Assembly: GCA_043228905.1 (NCBI GenBank)
Contig: JBHGNT010000017.1
Span: 1,488,001 to 1,552,000, forward strand
Length of the DNA: 64,000 bases
Direction: 5' to 3'
DNA from: Azolla caroliniana
Taxonomy: Eukaryota > Plantae > Polypodiophyta
Position 1 is the first letter of the stretch. Every line of letters starts with the position of its first letter. The notes beneath the pieces were generated by a model. The model ran no database searches and was not told where the DNA came from. It saw only the letters and a program-made list of their open reading frames with translations. Positions 63,914-64,000 of the stretch are shown here, in pieces. The translations under genes were made by a program, and so were the position numbers.

Positions 63914-64000
63914 TAGATACATAAAAAGCATAACATCATTGGCTTGCAAAACCAAAATTCTGTTAGGAGATAAAGAACAAGAATGTTCATATTTTATAAG

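Overview
Land-plant nuclear DNA with spliceosomal introns and dense LTR retrotransposons; the TE content suggests a seed-free plant such as a fern, which is inference. The left 45 kb is a duplicated UDP-glycosyltransferase cluster: two intact-looking two-exon genes (23855-25885, 42655-44538) and at least two minus-strand remnants. It is heavily invaded by TEs: two young full-length Ty1/copia elements with TSDs, a degenerate copia, several Ty3/gypsy relics, a solo LTR and a LINE relic. The right 19 kb has three host genes (an AT5G11810-like gene, the RING E3 ligase SIS3 and the 3' part of SR45), a tandem array of tRNA-Asp pseudogenes and a plastid 23S rRNA fragment. The most notable region is a nested DNA-transposon complex at about 29.5-40.5 kb. 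It holds an intron-containing, prokaryote-type beta-class N6-adenine/N4-cytosine DNA methyltransferase gene (minus strand, 31790-33810) between palindromic TCGA-rich repeat arrays, next to a Sola/DUF7869-like DDD transposase whose element ends at a TTAA site. A hAT element with an 8-bp TSD, carrying a captured glutaredoxin-like gene fragment, is nested in the complex. Both intact UGTs lack the canonical His-Asp catalytic dyad, one gypsy LTR shows a Tf1-like self-priming signature, and SIS3 has a probable U12-type intron. All alignments and family assignments were made by eye; no database search was run.
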